Positions 31,742 to 42,111 are shown, counted from the stretch's first letter. The stretch is DNA of 61,625 bases from Klebsiella pneumoniae (GCA_945860125.1 CAMAPQ010000003.1:1-61625); one strand, 5' to 3'. Numbers and translations: made by a program. Notes: generated by a model from the letters alone, not told the origin.

Positions 31742-31845
31742 TAGGACTTACGCAAAACTTTCCTAGCAAGGCGTCGCGATGAAGGCAGTACAAGTCGTAC
31801 GACTAAGCGCGATAACAAAGCTGGGGCAGTTTTGCGTAAGTCCTG
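31742..31845 (+). repeat. family B element, copy 3
   Basis: TAGGACTTACGCAAAAC...GTTTTGCGTAAGTCCT. Confidence 0.9.
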
Positions 31846-32071
31846 AATAAATCAAAAATGACGCTGGTAAAAGTGAGTGATCCCCTGCATCTTGCCGATG
31901 ACTCGGCAAGATAAAAGCTAAACGGCTTCAATGATGTGCTTCATGAATTGCAATCGTGTACTTGAACGTTACCCTTTCCCACTATCAGCCATACAAGACA
32001 TTCCAGTGCGATCCCCAGGAAGTTTTGGATTATTTTGAAAGGTTAGAAGCCCTTGCGTTGAGCTCAGGTTA

Positions 32072-32512
32072 TTAAGATTCTTCCAATAAAAATGTAACAG
32101 GGCCGTCATTTATCAAAGACACCGCCATGTCCGCACCAAATTCACCAGTTTGAACATTAAGGCCGCTATCTTCAAGCGTATGAACAAAAAGATGGTAAAG
32201 CATTAGTGCATGATCAGGTAAGGCTGCAGTTGAAAAACCAGGGCGATTACCTTGGCGTGTATTCGCAACCAAAGTAAACTGCGAGACAACTAATATGCTC
32301 CCCTGAGAAGCTGTAACGCTCAAATTCATTTTGTCATTATTATCAACAAAAATGCGATAAGCCAGAATGCGCTTAGCAAGCTTTACCGCTAAAGCTGCTT
32401 GATCAATTTTCTCAACACCGACAAAAACTAATAATCCTTGATCAATTTTACTTTTCACACATCCCTTAATGCAGACTTCAGCCTGCGTCACGCGCTGAAT
32501 AAGTGCTTTCAT
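32072..32512 (-). CDS. dtd: D-aminoacyl-tRNA deacylase
   Basis: MKALIQRV, KMNLSV, VSQFTL, GEFGADM, NDGPVT. Confidence 0.97.
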   Translation of the reverse strand: MKALIQRVTQAEVCIKGCVKSKIDQGLLVFVGVEKIDQAALAVKLAKRILAYRIFVDNNDKMNLSVTASQGSILVVSQFTLVANTRQGNRPGFSTAALPDHALMLYHLFVHTLEDSGLNVQTGEFGADMAVSLINDGPVTFLLEES

Positions 32513-33132
32513 AAACCCTGCAATTCTTTTACTAGTGAATCAAGATGATCCTGCTCTTCTTTATCACTTGAAGAATCACGTGAAGAACGAGGTTTAGCAG
32601 ATTGAGCAGGAACAGCAGAAGACGGCACACCTGAACTACCTGCACCTGAACCTAGCTGGTTACTCATAAACTGATCTAACTGCTGCATAATGAGCTGAAT
32701 ATTTCGCGTTTCTGTGCCGGGGGGAATGTTCGCGTTATAGTTTTGAAAATGTTTCTGCGCCAACATTAAATGAACAATCGCAATATTAAAATGTGCTTTT
32801 GCATTCGCAGGCACCAGCGCGAGTGTTTTTTCATAATATTCTTCTGCTTTTTTTAATGACTCTTTTTTAAAGGCAATATTACCCAAGCGATAATAAACAA
32901 TAGGCTCTTGAGTGCTTTTTGCAGCTAATTTAGAATAAATGCTTTCAGCTTTTTCCAAAGAGCCCAACGCATAAAGTTGATCTGCTTCTTTCATTTCAGA
33001 TTGAAAAAAATCAGAAGGATTATTCTTAGGATCATGATCAACCACTTTAATTTTTTTCAAAGAAACACAGCCTGAGCATAAAGAAAGCATTAAAAATAAT
33101 GCAACGACTTTAAAATTAATCATTTTTCTCAC
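32509..33132 (-). CDS. TPR-containing lipoprotein
   Basis: lipobox LCSGC, TPRs (YYRLGNIAF, AHFNIAIVHL). Confidence 0.8.
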   Translation of the reverse strand: MRKMINFKVVALFLMLSLCSGCVSLKKIKVVDHDPKNNPSDFFQSEMKEADQLYALGSLEKAESIYSKLAAKSTQEPIVYYRLGNIAFKKESLKKAEEYYEKTLALVPANAKAHFNIAIVHLMLAQKHFQNYNANIPPGTETRNIQLIMQQLDQFMSNQLGSGAGSSGVPSSAVPAQSAKPRSSRDSSSDKEEQDHLDSLVKELQGL

Positions 33133-33171
33133 CTTTCACAAACATTAAACAGTGTAAATTAAGTAATAAAA

Positions 33172-34803
33172 TTACTTCTGAGATTTTGGCGGTATGAAAG
33201 AAGGCGCACCAGCATTAGGTTGTTGATATTGATACCAGGCTAATTTTGATTGCGCTTTTTGCGCTAAAGCATGCTCTTGCGGCAAAATTTCAAGCACTTC
33301 TTGCCAATATTTTTTAGCACTTTGAATATTAAGATCTTCATTATCTTCAGCAAGACTCATTAGTTTTTCCGCGCGACCAACTGTTTTTTTTACCATTTTA
33401 TGTGCAATGCCACTTTCACTGTCCTCCACTTTTGCCGCCGCCTCACGCAAACTAAAAGCTTCAAGGTGTTGTTCATGCTCTTCTAGTTTTTCTGCGCGCA
33501 CCAATAATGCTTCAACAGCAATTCCCTTTACTTCAAGTGCGTATTTACTTGAAGACTCACCCAACACATTTTTTTCTTCTTTTAAAAAATTAAGCCAAGC
33601 TTTAAAAGCAGCATCTTTATTGCCTGAACGATATAATTTATTACCACGCTCATATTGTGAAACTAAATCACCAAACATCTCTATCTTTTCTCTTAAGCGT
33701 GTTTTATCAGCACTTGAAACGGCTGCTTCCTGCACCAACTCTTTAGCCTCACTTATAATTCTTTTACCCTCACCCGCTAAATATTTATCATCAAAGTTAC
33801 GCACCAATACCCTCGCCCTTTGAGCCTGATCAAGCTCTAACTCATCAATACTTTCTTGCTTTTTTGAAATAGGCTTTTCTTGTAAAAAACTATTCTGATC
33901 TTTCATAAAAGGAGAAGCATTTTCAACGCTTACTTGCGAAGCAGTGGATGGCTTATCGGGCGCAATTAAAGGGGGAGATTTTTCCAACTTTGAGCCTGTT
34001 TCTTCAGAATTAAACTCAGGAACTATCTGCCGGGTTACTTCAACAGGCTGAGTTTTGGTAACAGGCACAGATTCATCTATCGATATAGCATTAAAGGTAG
34101 ACTCTATCTCTGCGGCAGCACTCACATTTTCGGTCATATCTTCAGATTGAGGCGGTAAGCTAGACTCTTCAGCCTTACGCGCTTTAGCTGCTAGCGCTGC
34201 ATCTAATACTTCCTCTGCTGCTGCTTTTCTATTTGCTGCCTTTTGATCAGGCACAAAAAAAGCGGTTGAGTCCTGAGCTTCATCTTTCTTTTTCTGTGCT
34301 TCTACTTGCGTAGCAAGCTCAGACTCATCACCCGTCAACCAATCTTGTTGTAATACGGTAAAAACAAGAACCATAACGAGACTCGTTACAGCAAAAACAA
34401 GCGTCATTAAAAATAAATTCAGCGCCACTTTTTGGTGACGGCTAGATTCAACTTTTTCAACTTGATCAATAGTGCCACGAGATGACGCTTCCTTTATTAA
34501 TAGTGTATTTTCTTGATAAAAATACTCTACAGCGTTCACTCTGACTGTATCGCCATCATTTAAAACAAAGTTTGTTACTTTGAGATTATTAACCCATAAC
34601 CCTAGCGTTAAGCTTTCTGCACGCACCATTGTTCTTGAATACTGACGTGAAAACTCAATACCATTTTTAAAGGGTTCATCAGGATCAATACAAGCTACTA
34701 GCACGCCAAATTTTTCCACAAATCTTGCTGGAAAACGACCAATAAAGGTTGTTTCACCCAACTTAATATTTAACAAACTTGCCAAATAGTTATTATTTGC
34801 CAC
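33172..34803 (-). CDS. bitopic membrane protein with degenerate FHA-like N-terminus and helical/TPR-like C-terminus
   Basis: TFIGR...GLWVNNLKV...LNDGDTVRV, single TM, low-complexity linker, helical repeats. Confidence 0.65.
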   Translation of the reverse strand: MANNNYLASLLNIKLGETTFIGRFPARFVEKFGVLVACIDPDEPFKNGIEFSRQYSRTMVRAESLTLGLWVNNLKVTNFVLNDGDTVRVNAVEYFYQENTLLIKEASSRGTIDQVEKVESSRHQKVALNLFLMTLVFAVTSLVMVLVFTVLQQDWLTGDESELATQVEAQKKKDEAQDSTAFFVPDQKAANRKAAAEEVLDAALAAKARKAEESSLPPQSEDMTENVSAAAEIESTFNAISIDESVPVTKTQPVEVTRQIVPEFNSEETGSKLEKSPPLIAPDKPSTASQVSVENASPFMKDQNSFLQEKPISKKQESIDELELDQAQRARVLVRNFDDKYLAGEGKRIISEAKELVQEAAVSSADKTRLREKIEMFGDLVSQYERGNKLYRSGNKDAAFKAWLNFLKEEKNVLGESSSKYALEVKGIAVEALLVRAEKLEEHEQHLEAFSLREAAAKVEDSESGIAHKMVKKTVGRAEKLMSLAEDNEDLNIQSAKKYWQEVLEILPQEHALAQKAQSKLAWYQYQQPNAGAPSFIPPKSQK

Positions 34804-35114
34804 TTAGCGCCTCACAAATGAAAACTTCTTAAAAACAAAAAAATAGATGCTGGAAAAGCTGTTTTATTCTACTGAGAAAATAAGTATGACGCAAAAAGAA
34901 CCGTGCGTGAGAGAATCACGACGATACTGCTAGCTGGCAGGGGAAGGATAGCAATTAGACAATACAGCATTATCTCCAGAGAGAGCACTTTTTATTGAGC
35001 CAATGCCAAACGCTTGCCTCCGTAATCGTATAAATGCATATGAACATAGAGACATGAGAGAAGAAAATAGCACTAGGATTTTGCATCAGAGATGTGGGTG
35101 ATGAACTTTCACTT

Positions 35115-35164
35115 GAGTGAATGAGCTCGGCCAACAATGCCGTGTTTTCAAGTACGAAGGGATA
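35115..35164 (+). repeat. partial ERIC-like repeat (3' part)
   Basis: GTGAATGAGCTCGGCCAACAATGCCGTGTTTTCAAGTACGAAGGGATA. Confidence 0.85.
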
Positions 35165-35171
35165 GCTCAGG

Positions 35172-35963
35172 TTAAATATTTGGTAAAGATGAAATAAGCT
35201 GTACTGCATTAGCATTTCTCAATAAGCTTTCTACTATTTCTAGTTTATTCTGAACAACAATAATTTTGTTTTCAGTTAGCCCATTAGAATTAATTCCTTC
35301 TAAAGCAGCGGAGCTATTCATACTATTTAAAAATACTTTGATAGACTGAACTTTATCTCTAATTTTTTCTATATTTACCAATTTACTAGAGATTATATAA
35401 TCTTCAATTATTGAAGAGTTATGACTAACTAAAAGTTCTAAATGTGCCTTTGAAAAGTCCAGACATTTTTCAAATAATTCTAACTTTTTATTATTACAGC
35501 CCGCTTCTATTTCATTTAATGAAGTATGTAGAATATCGTATATATTTCTAAAAGCTTCTACCTGCGCATTTACAGCACCTAACTGCTCTTCACTGATTTC
35601 AAGACTGTCTATTAAAGTTCGATGAGTTTCGAGAACGCTAGTATTCCATAAGTTAATTGTGTTCCGAATACCGCCAATGCTCTGAAGGAGATTATTTACG
35701 CCCCGCCCTTGAAAATCAACACGGTTAATTGCTAGTAATAATGTCCCTTCAAGCATATTGTTGTTCAATCTAGGTAAACGCATCTCTCTTAAAGCAGAAG
35801 CCCCCATTCTTGGAATATCTACATCATTTATATTATTTAAAAGCCCAGAAACATGTTCAATAGCACCAGATTGCCTCTGGAATTGTATCTGAAATTGCAT
35901 CTGTGTATCGACAGAGCCAACCGTTGACCCAGAACTTGCATTAGCACCACATATTAACGACAC
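35172..35963 (-). CDS. hypothetical protein (orphan, helical/coiled-coil)
   Basis: 263-aa AT-rich ORF, N/I/L/S-rich, no family recognised. Confidence 0.6.
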   Translation of the reverse strand: MSLICGANASSGSTVGSVDTQMQFQIQFQRQSGAIEHVSGLLNNINDVDIPRMGASALREMRLPRLNNNMLEGTLLLAINRVDFQGRGVNNLLQSIGGIRNTINLWNTSVLETHRTLIDSLEISEEQLGAVNAQVEAFRNIYDILHTSLNEIEAGCNNKKLELFEKCLDFSKAHLELLVSHNSSIIEDYIISSKLVNIEKIRDKVQSIKVFLNSMNSSAALEGINSNGLTENKIIVVQNKLEIVESLLRNANAVQLISSLPNI

Positions 35964-36139
35964 CTAATAATTTATATTCTCAGATCGTATGACGTACATA
36001 ATCTGATCAAATCAGCATACATTTTAAATATTACAGTTGTGAGTCATTAAACGGGGTCTGTCGCGTTAACACAGATACGTGAAATTTTGGCGGCGCGCTA
36101 TGCGCATTTAAACAAACTGGACTGCGTTAAAGCATAATA

Positions 36140-36215
36140 TGGTGCCGGAAAAAGGAATCGAACCCTCGACCTTCTCATTACGAATGAGCTGCTCTACCGA
36201 CTGAGCTATTCCGGC
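36140..36215 (-). tRNA. tRNA-Thr (anticodon CGT)
   Basis: GCCGGAATAGCTCAGTCGGTAGAGCAGCTCATTCGTAATGAGAAGGTCGAGGGTTCGATTCCTTTTTCCGGCACCA; 76 nt with CCA. Confidence 0.97.
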
Positions 36216-36373
36216 GTATGATTCAAAGATAAGGCAAATGAAAGAGCCGACTATCATACCTAAAAAAACCCAAAGGTGAAACTGATGCCTCTTTAACACA
36301 GCTTTTTTTAAAGCTTTATCTATACTCTAAAAAGACTCAATAGGCCAACCCAAATAATAGGCTCGATTTACGT

Positions 36374-38236
36374 ATGAAAGAAAAAAAAATTTTGATCATT
36401 ACACGTAACTTACCTCCCCTAGTAGGAGGCATGGAAAGGTTAAACTGGCATATCATAGATGCGCTAGCAAAAGAAAATCAGGTCTGCGTCATTTGCCCTA
36501 AAGGCTCTCAGTTACAAAATATTCCCAACATAACCTACCAAGAAATTCAGCTTCAACCCTTACCACTATTTTTAGCGCTTAGCTTATATGCTGCAATTAA
36601 AACATCGTTAGATTTTAAGCCAAATATTGTACTTGCTGGAAGTGGGCTTATGGCGCCGATTGCATGGCTAGCTGCGCGTTCAATTGGTGCTATCTGTGCA
36701 ACTTATATACACGGCCTAGATATCGTAGTGAATCACATTGGTTATCAAACAATTTGGCTCCCTTTTATTCGAGCACAAAACATTTTAATTGCAAACAGCA
36801 GCGTTACAGCTTCACTCGCTAAAGAAAAGGGCATTAAATCAGAAAAAATTAATATCATTCACCCTGGTGTCTATATCGACCAAAAAGAAGTTTCACAAAC
36901 ACTAACACTTGAATTTTGTAAAAAATATGAATTAGGAAATGGCCCTTTCTTGTTATTTATTGGTAGGATTACAAAAAGAAAAGGTTTAAAACCATTTCTT
37001 TTAAACATTTTTCCGCAAATTCTCAAATGCTATCCAACAACACAGTTAATTGTTGTGGGTGAACCGCCTATACATGCATTAAATGCGGCAATCGATTGTC
37101 AAGATAGTATTCTAGATGCAATCTCACAGCTGAATTTAAGTTCTCACGTAAAATTTATTGGTGAATTAAATATTCATTCAGAACAATTAGCTTTGATTTA
37201 TCAATTAGCATCAGTACATGTTTTTCCGATCCAAGCCATACCAGGCGACATAGAAGGCTTTGGCATGGTTGCAATTGAAGCAGCTGCACATGGAACGCAG
37301 ACGGTTGCTTTTGCGGTAGGCGGCGTTGTGGACGCTATTGCAGAAAACATAAGCGGCCGTTTAATTGAAATAGGAAATAATAGTGAGTTTGCATCAGCTG
37401 TTATTGACTTAATTAAAAACCCTCTACCCAAAAATAATGTAAAAATATTTGCTCGACAATTTTCTTGGCAATTTTTTGCAGAAAAACTCATGATATCACT
37501 GGATAAAAAACATAACCTTTCGAGTGATAGGCAGCCTCACGCATTACTAGACTTAGCCTCGCGCCGATTAAAAGGGATCAAAATTGAAAAACTCTTAGGA
37601 CTAACAGACAAAAAAATAAAATACCGCCTATTAGAAATTGGCACAGGTAGTGGTGGTATTGCCCATTACTTTGCATGTCAATCAGAGTTACAGTGCGAAG
37701 TAACAGCCGTTGATACAGCCGATCAACGCCTAGAAAAGCAAGGTTATACTTTTGTAAAGGTACATGATACTCAGTTACCATTCGAAGATGAGAGCTTTGA
37801 TATAGTGATCAGCAATCATGTTATTGAACATGTGGGAGATATAACAGCTCAATTAGCCCATTTAAAAGAGGTAAAGCGCGTGCTTTCATCAAACGGTAAA
37901 GGCTATCTTGCAGTTCCAAATCGCTGGATGTTAATTGAACCACATTATAAACTCATTTTTTTGAGCTGGTTACCAAAGCCATTAAGAACCCCCTATTTAA
38001 AATGGATGAAACGAGGTGAAAATTATGACTGCGAGCCTCTCTCTCTTGCTAAAACTGAACGATTACTTACTCAAACAGGTTTTATTATTCAAGGAAAAAC
38101 ACTTGAAGCAATTGGCTTAATGTATAAAATTGAAGGCGGTGGTTTACTATTAAAATTAATAACTATGCTGCCAAAAATATGCTTAAAAATGCTTGAACCA
38201 ATCATTCCAACTTTAATTTATACATACAAAAAATAA
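36374..38236 (+). CDS. GT4 glycosyltransferase fused to class I SAM-dependent methyltransferase
   Basis: PPLVGGMER, GRITKRKG, EGFGMVAIEA; then LLEIGTGSG, LPFEDESFDIVISNHVIEHV. Confidence 0.9.
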   Translation: MKEKKILIITRNLPPLVGGMERLNWHIIDALAKENQVCVICPKGSQLQNIPNITYQEIQLQPLPLFLALSLYAAIKTSLDFKPNIVLAGSGLMAPIAWLAARSIGAICATYIHGLDIVVNHIGYQTIWLPFIRAQNILIANSSVTASLAKEKGIKSEKINIIHPGVYIDQKEVSQTLTLEFCKKYELGNGPFLLFIGRITKRKGLKPFLLNIFPQILKCYPTTQLIVVGEPPIHALNAAIDCQDSILDAISQLNLSSHVKFIGELNIHSEQLALIYQLASVHVFPIQAIPGDIEGFGMVAIEAAAHGTQTVAFAVGGVVDAIAENISGRLIEIGNNSEFASAVIDLIKNPLPKNNVKIFARQFSWQFFAEKLMISLDKKHNLSSDRQPHALLDLASRRLKGIKIEKLLGLTDKKIKYRLLEIGTGSGGIAHYFACQSELQCEVTAVDTADQRLEKQGYTFVKVHDTQLPFEDESFDIVISNHVIEHVGDITAQLAHLKEVKRVLSSNGKGYLAVPNRWMLIEPHYKLIFLSWLPKPLRTPYLKWMKRGENYDCEPLSLAKTERLLTQTGFIIQGKTLEAIGLMYKIEGGGLLLKLITMLPKICLKMLEPIIPTLIYTYKK

Positions 38237-38281
38237 TATAACTTACATTTAAATAAAATAACCTAAGTGCAATATTTAAAA

Positions 38282-38314
38282 TTTCAATGACATGGTAATC
38301 CCCTGTCATTGAAA
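38282..38314. terminator. hairpin between convergent genes
   Basis: TTTCAATGACA/TGTCATTGAAA inverted repeat. Confidence 0.6.
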
Positions 38315-38374
38315 ACTTATTGCATCTAATGCCCGAATAATTCTATCCATCAAATAAGCACTTAAAAAAGCAAT

Positions 38375-39472
38375 CTAGGGAGAAATCAAGGTAGGCTTTA
38401 TGATTAAAAATAAATTTTCAGTAAATTTTTTTTTATCTTTTTTATCTAAGTGAGAACCATCAGGTAAATCAAAACTATTGAGAGCAGAATAATCATCAAA
38501 GTGAAACGATGCAGAATGTCTCAATAAGACTTTTTTCCAAAATAAATCTTGCGGGTATCTTTGTTGATCCATCTTCCAAATTAGTTTACTTGAAGGCATT
38601 CTTAATATTGTGACATGAACGCCCCGCGATTCAATTTTTTCCAAAAGAGAAATGAGCACACTTAAGCTTTCTTCAAAATTTTGAAGATTACCTTGCGGCA
38701 GCGTGGGAATTGCAGCTTCATAAGCATCTATGACAAATTCAAACTTACGAACCTGCTCTTCGGGAAGAGTAGACCCAAAATTGCGGATTATACGATTCAG
38801 ATAAAAAGATGGCAGAGCTAACTTACTGTAGTCTGCATCACGAGAGCGGTTATCATTTGTAATGAGATAATTACCCTTAGCTTGATGCTTGGGTTTGAGT
38901 GCTAAATCATAAATAACTTTATGAGGTTTCGCACCTTCAAGCCTTGTCACCATATAACTTAGTAAAAGCTTATCGATTTTTTGATCAATAAAGCGGTATA
39001 AAGGCTGCTGTTTTTTGTGTTCATACGCTTCCACCCAATCCCAGGATTTATCTTTGACAAGCAGAGTCTCAAGTGAAGCCTCGTTTAAATCCAGTATAAT
39101 ATTACCCATTACACTCGGATCATTTGCCAAATTTTTTAACACAGCAAAAACATTTGAACCGTCAATAGCAAGCTGGATCGGTTTTTTAGAAGACATTTCT
39201 TCTAATGCGTGCAAATCTAGCCCTAATTGAAAACGTGAAGCGCCCACCAAAATCAAAGCTTTATCGCTAAGCTGGGATGCTTTAGCTCGCTCTTGAGCCC
39301 ATAATTCAGCGTTATCAATCAGCGTGGGCGTCCAGTGAAGGGTACGTAAATTATTTTCAAAAAATAAAATTATTACCAATACAATAAAAGTACTGCCAAT
39401 AAAAACTAAAAACCAGTCTTGCTGATTAATAACATTAGCATTAGAACTGGAAGTAGATAAAGGCTCGGTCAT
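38375..39472 (-). CDS. SGNH/DltD/AlgJ-like partner of the MBOAT acyltransferase
   Basis: N-terminal TM, LVGASR, C-terminal DGSHL; GGAGGTGGTG RBS before ATG 39472, overlapping the MBOAT end. Confidence 0.7.
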   Translation of the reverse strand: MTEPLSTSSSNANVINQQDWFLVFIGSTFIVLVIILFFENNLRTLHWTPTLIDNAELWAQERAKASQLSDKALILVGASRFQLGLDLHALEEMSSKKPIQLAIDGSNVFAVLKNLANDPSVMGNIILDLNEASLETLLVKDKSWDWVEAYEHKKQQPLYRFIDQKIDKLLLSYMVTRLEGAKPHKVIYDLALKPKHQAKGNYLITNDNRSRDADYSKLALPSFYLNRIIRNFGSTLPEEQVRKFEFVIDAYEAAIPTLPQGNLQNFEESLSVLISLLEKIESRGVHVTILRMPSSKLIWKMDQQRYPQDLFWKKVLLRHSASFHFDDYSALNSFDLPDGSHLDKKDKKKFTENLFLIIKPTLISP

Positions 39473-40862
39473 CACCACCTCCAAACAAATAAATTACTAA
39501 CAATAAACTCGTCACTAAAAAAAGTTTCCCATGACTCGATAGTTTATTAATCAGCTGAAAATAATCATGGCTACGCCTAAAAATATGCCAAACAACCAGA
39601 AAAAAAAATGTACCAAAAACCAATTGAGACGTTTCATGTTCGAGAGGTAAATTCGATACTGTTGTTGTATTAACACCTAATAGCGACCGAACCAAAACAT
39701 TCAAATCAGTTAAATTTTTTATTCTAAATGGAACCCATGTTAAACAAATAACCAATGTCGTCAGCAAACTCAAAGGGATATTATATGCTGCTTTATTTCT
39801 ATAATAAGGCTTAAAAATTTTTTTGCATGACCGCTCAATAATGAGTAAAAATCCATGCATAGCACCCCATAATAAAAACAACCAAGATGCGCCATGCCAT
39901 AATCCACCCAGCATCATGGTAATCATTAAGTTTAGTGCCGTTCTTCCAGGAGAAATGCGGTTACCGCCAATACTAATGTAGAGATAATCACGCAACCAAC
40001 GAGATAAGCTAATGTGCCATCTTTGCCAAAAATCTGCAAACCCAAGGGCTGCGTAGGGTGCTTTAAAATTCTCAGGCAAATCAAAACCTAAGGTTTTTGC
40101 TATGGCAATTGCACATAGAGAATATCCGCAAAAATCGAAAAAAATTTGCCCTGAAAATGCAAATACACCACACCATGCCTGCCAAGGATTAGTCTGTTCT
40201 GGAAAATTAAAGACAAGATCTGCCGCAGGGGCCATGATCGTATCTGACAAAATAATTTTCATGAATAAGCCGATTATGAGCAAGCAAAAACCAAAACTAA
40301 TCTGCTCAAAATTTAGTGGTTTTAATGTGGCGCATTGCGGCAAAAATTCATCAGATCTAACAATAGGGCCTGCTACTAATTGGGGAAAAAAACTGACATA
40401 AAGCGCATAATCTAGAAATGATTTTTCTGCAGAAACTTTATTACGGTAAACATCTAAAACATAGGAAATTGTTTGAAAGGTATAAAATGAAATACCAACC
40501 GGAAGAACAATGTTCCAAGCAGGTGCTTGATAGTCCCAACCTAACCAAGCTACGCATTGAGAGAATGTAACAAGGAGTAGCTCTCCATATTTAAAAACCC
40601 CCAATAAACTTAGACTTATCATTATACTGACACATAGTAATATTTTTTTTTGTTTTGGATGTTTTACCATTAGCTTGGCAATAGACCAGTCAAATACAGT
40701 GGAAAAAATTAATAAAGTTACAAAAATTGGATTCCATGCAGCATAAAAAATATAACCACTTAGACAAAGAAAAGCTTTACGTTGTACCCATCTGGGCAGG
40801 GAATAATAAACAAGTAACACCACACTAATAAAAATTATAAAAGTATATGTATTAAATGGCAC
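39441..40862 (-). CDS. MBOAT family O-acyltransferase (AlgI/PatA-like)
   Basis: LPVGISFYTFQ, FFPQLVAGPI, DFWQRWHISLS, GLWHGASW, FIYFQF. Confidence 0.95.
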   Translation of the reverse strand: MPFNTYTFIIFISVVLLVYYSLPRWVQRKAFLCLSGYIFYAAWNPIFVTLLIFSTVFDWSIAKLMVKHPKQKKILLCVSIMISLSLLGVFKYGELLLVTFSQCVAWLGWDYQAPAWNIVLPVGISFYTFQTISYVLDVYRNKVSAEKSFLDYALYVSFFPQLVAGPIVRSDEFLPQCATLKPLNFEQISFGFCLLIIGLFMKIILSDTIMAPAADLVFNFPEQTNPWQAWCGVFAFSGQIFFDFCGYSLCAIAIAKTLGFDLPENFKAPYAALGFADFWQRWHISLSRWLRDYLYISIGGNRISPGRTALNLMITMMLGGLWHGASWLFLLWGAMHGFLLIIERSCKKIFKPYYRNKAAYNIPLSLLTTLVICLTWVPFRIKNLTDLNVLVRSLLGVNTTTVSNLPLEHETSQLVFGTFFFLVVWHIFRRSHDYFQLINKLSSHGKLFLVTSLLLVIYLFGGGDDRAFIYFQF

Positions 40863-41121
40863 CTAATAATTCCAACTATAAATATAAAAACATATGAAAA
40901 GTCTCAGCCTAATTTATAAGGCCACATTAAAATAAAGCATCAGTGCAGCTAAGAATTTTTAAAATATAGCAGATCAAATACTTTTACGTATATGAAATTT
41001 TCTGATATTTATCACTCATATTGAGCGCCCCTCAAATAGCTATTATTTATTTTAAATAATGTAACGTTAGTGGTATCTTCATGCTTTGGTGATGAGCGCT
41101 ATCAAATACTTAGTGAAACCA

Positions 41122-42111
41122 TCAAGACGATAAATCTTTACTAAGGCTAAATAACTCGTTATAACCAATCATCATTTTTTCTTCGGTATACTGTTGCAGT
41201 ATTCTTTCTCGATTATAGGCACCCATATCAGCTCTAAGACTTGGGTTTTCTATGAGCTTTTTAAGATACATGCTCATTGCATCTACATCACCAAAATCAG
41301 TTAGATAACCCCCTTTTCCATGATGAATTAATTCAGGCATAGTTGATTTATTTGAAGTAACAACAGGAAGCCCACAAGCCATTGCCTCAGCCACAACCAA
41401 ACCAAAACCTTCGCGAAAAGTTGGAAATAATAAAATATCGCAATCTTGATACACAAACGGCATATCTTCATGAAGAACTCTACCTAACCAACTAATTTTT
41501 CCCTCTTTTTTATCCCCATGCTTATCAGAACCAATCATTATAATCTGAGTATTTTTCGGTAATTTATCTGATATCATTTCAATCAAATGAAACCCTTTTG
41601 CTTTTTTAAACGCACCAACATAAAGGATTTTAATTTTTTCATCTGCAGGTTTTTTTTCCTTAACAGGTATAAATTTATTATGATCAACTCCATTTTCAAT
41701 CACATGAATATCTTTTTTTATATTCAGTGTGTTTTTTGCAAGATCAGCAATAAAATGGCTTACTCCGGTTAAAATATCAGCATTTTTAACTGCAGAAACT
41801 ATTGCAGGCGCCAAAATATTTTTATAATAAAATTTTTGTGCAACGGATGAAAAATCAATAAACTCCCTGTCAATCCTAAATCCATGAAAGGTCAGTATAT
41901 TGATACTTTTATTTGATAAAATATACGGCCCTAAATCTGGAGAACTATGAATAATACAATTTTCTTTCTTATAAATAGACATTAATTTTGGACAAAGCGC
42001 TGCATAGGGAGAAATTGAAAAAATCTCATAATTTTTAATTTTTTGAGATAATTTCTCATGTAGAACATATGCACCATTTCCATATATTACTGGGCAATAT
42101 ATGCTCATCAT
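41122..42111 (-). CDS. GT4 family glycosyltransferase
   Basis: VIENGVD, EGFGLVVAEAMACGLPVV. Confidence 0.92.
   Translation of the reverse strand: MMSIYCPVIYGNGAYVLHEKLSQKIKNYEIFSISPYAALCPKLMSIYKKENCIIHSSPDLGPYILSNKSINILTFHGFRIDREFIDFSSVAQKFYYKNILAPAIVSAVKNADILTGVSHFIADLAKNTLNIKKDIHVIENGVDHNKFIPVKEKKPADEKIKILYVGAFKKAKGFHLIEMISDKLPKNTQIIMIGSDKHGDKKEGKISWLGRVLHEDMPFVYQDCDILLFPTFREGFGLVVAEAMACGLPVVTSNKSTMPELIHHGKGGYLTDFGDVDAMSMYLKKLIENPSLRADMGAYNRERILQQYTEEKMMIGYNELFSLSKDLSS

Noticed and set aside
31850-32070. 6S RNA or other known ncRNA
   Set aside because: No long terminal pairing or recognisable conserved motif; not in the zapA-fau context
36108-36299. 63-aa ORF
   Set aside because: Overlaps tRNA-Thr on the same strand
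41022-41112. Imperfect direct repeat TGAGCGC..TCAAATA upstream of MBOAT
   Set aside because: Only two short imperfect copies; no function can be supported
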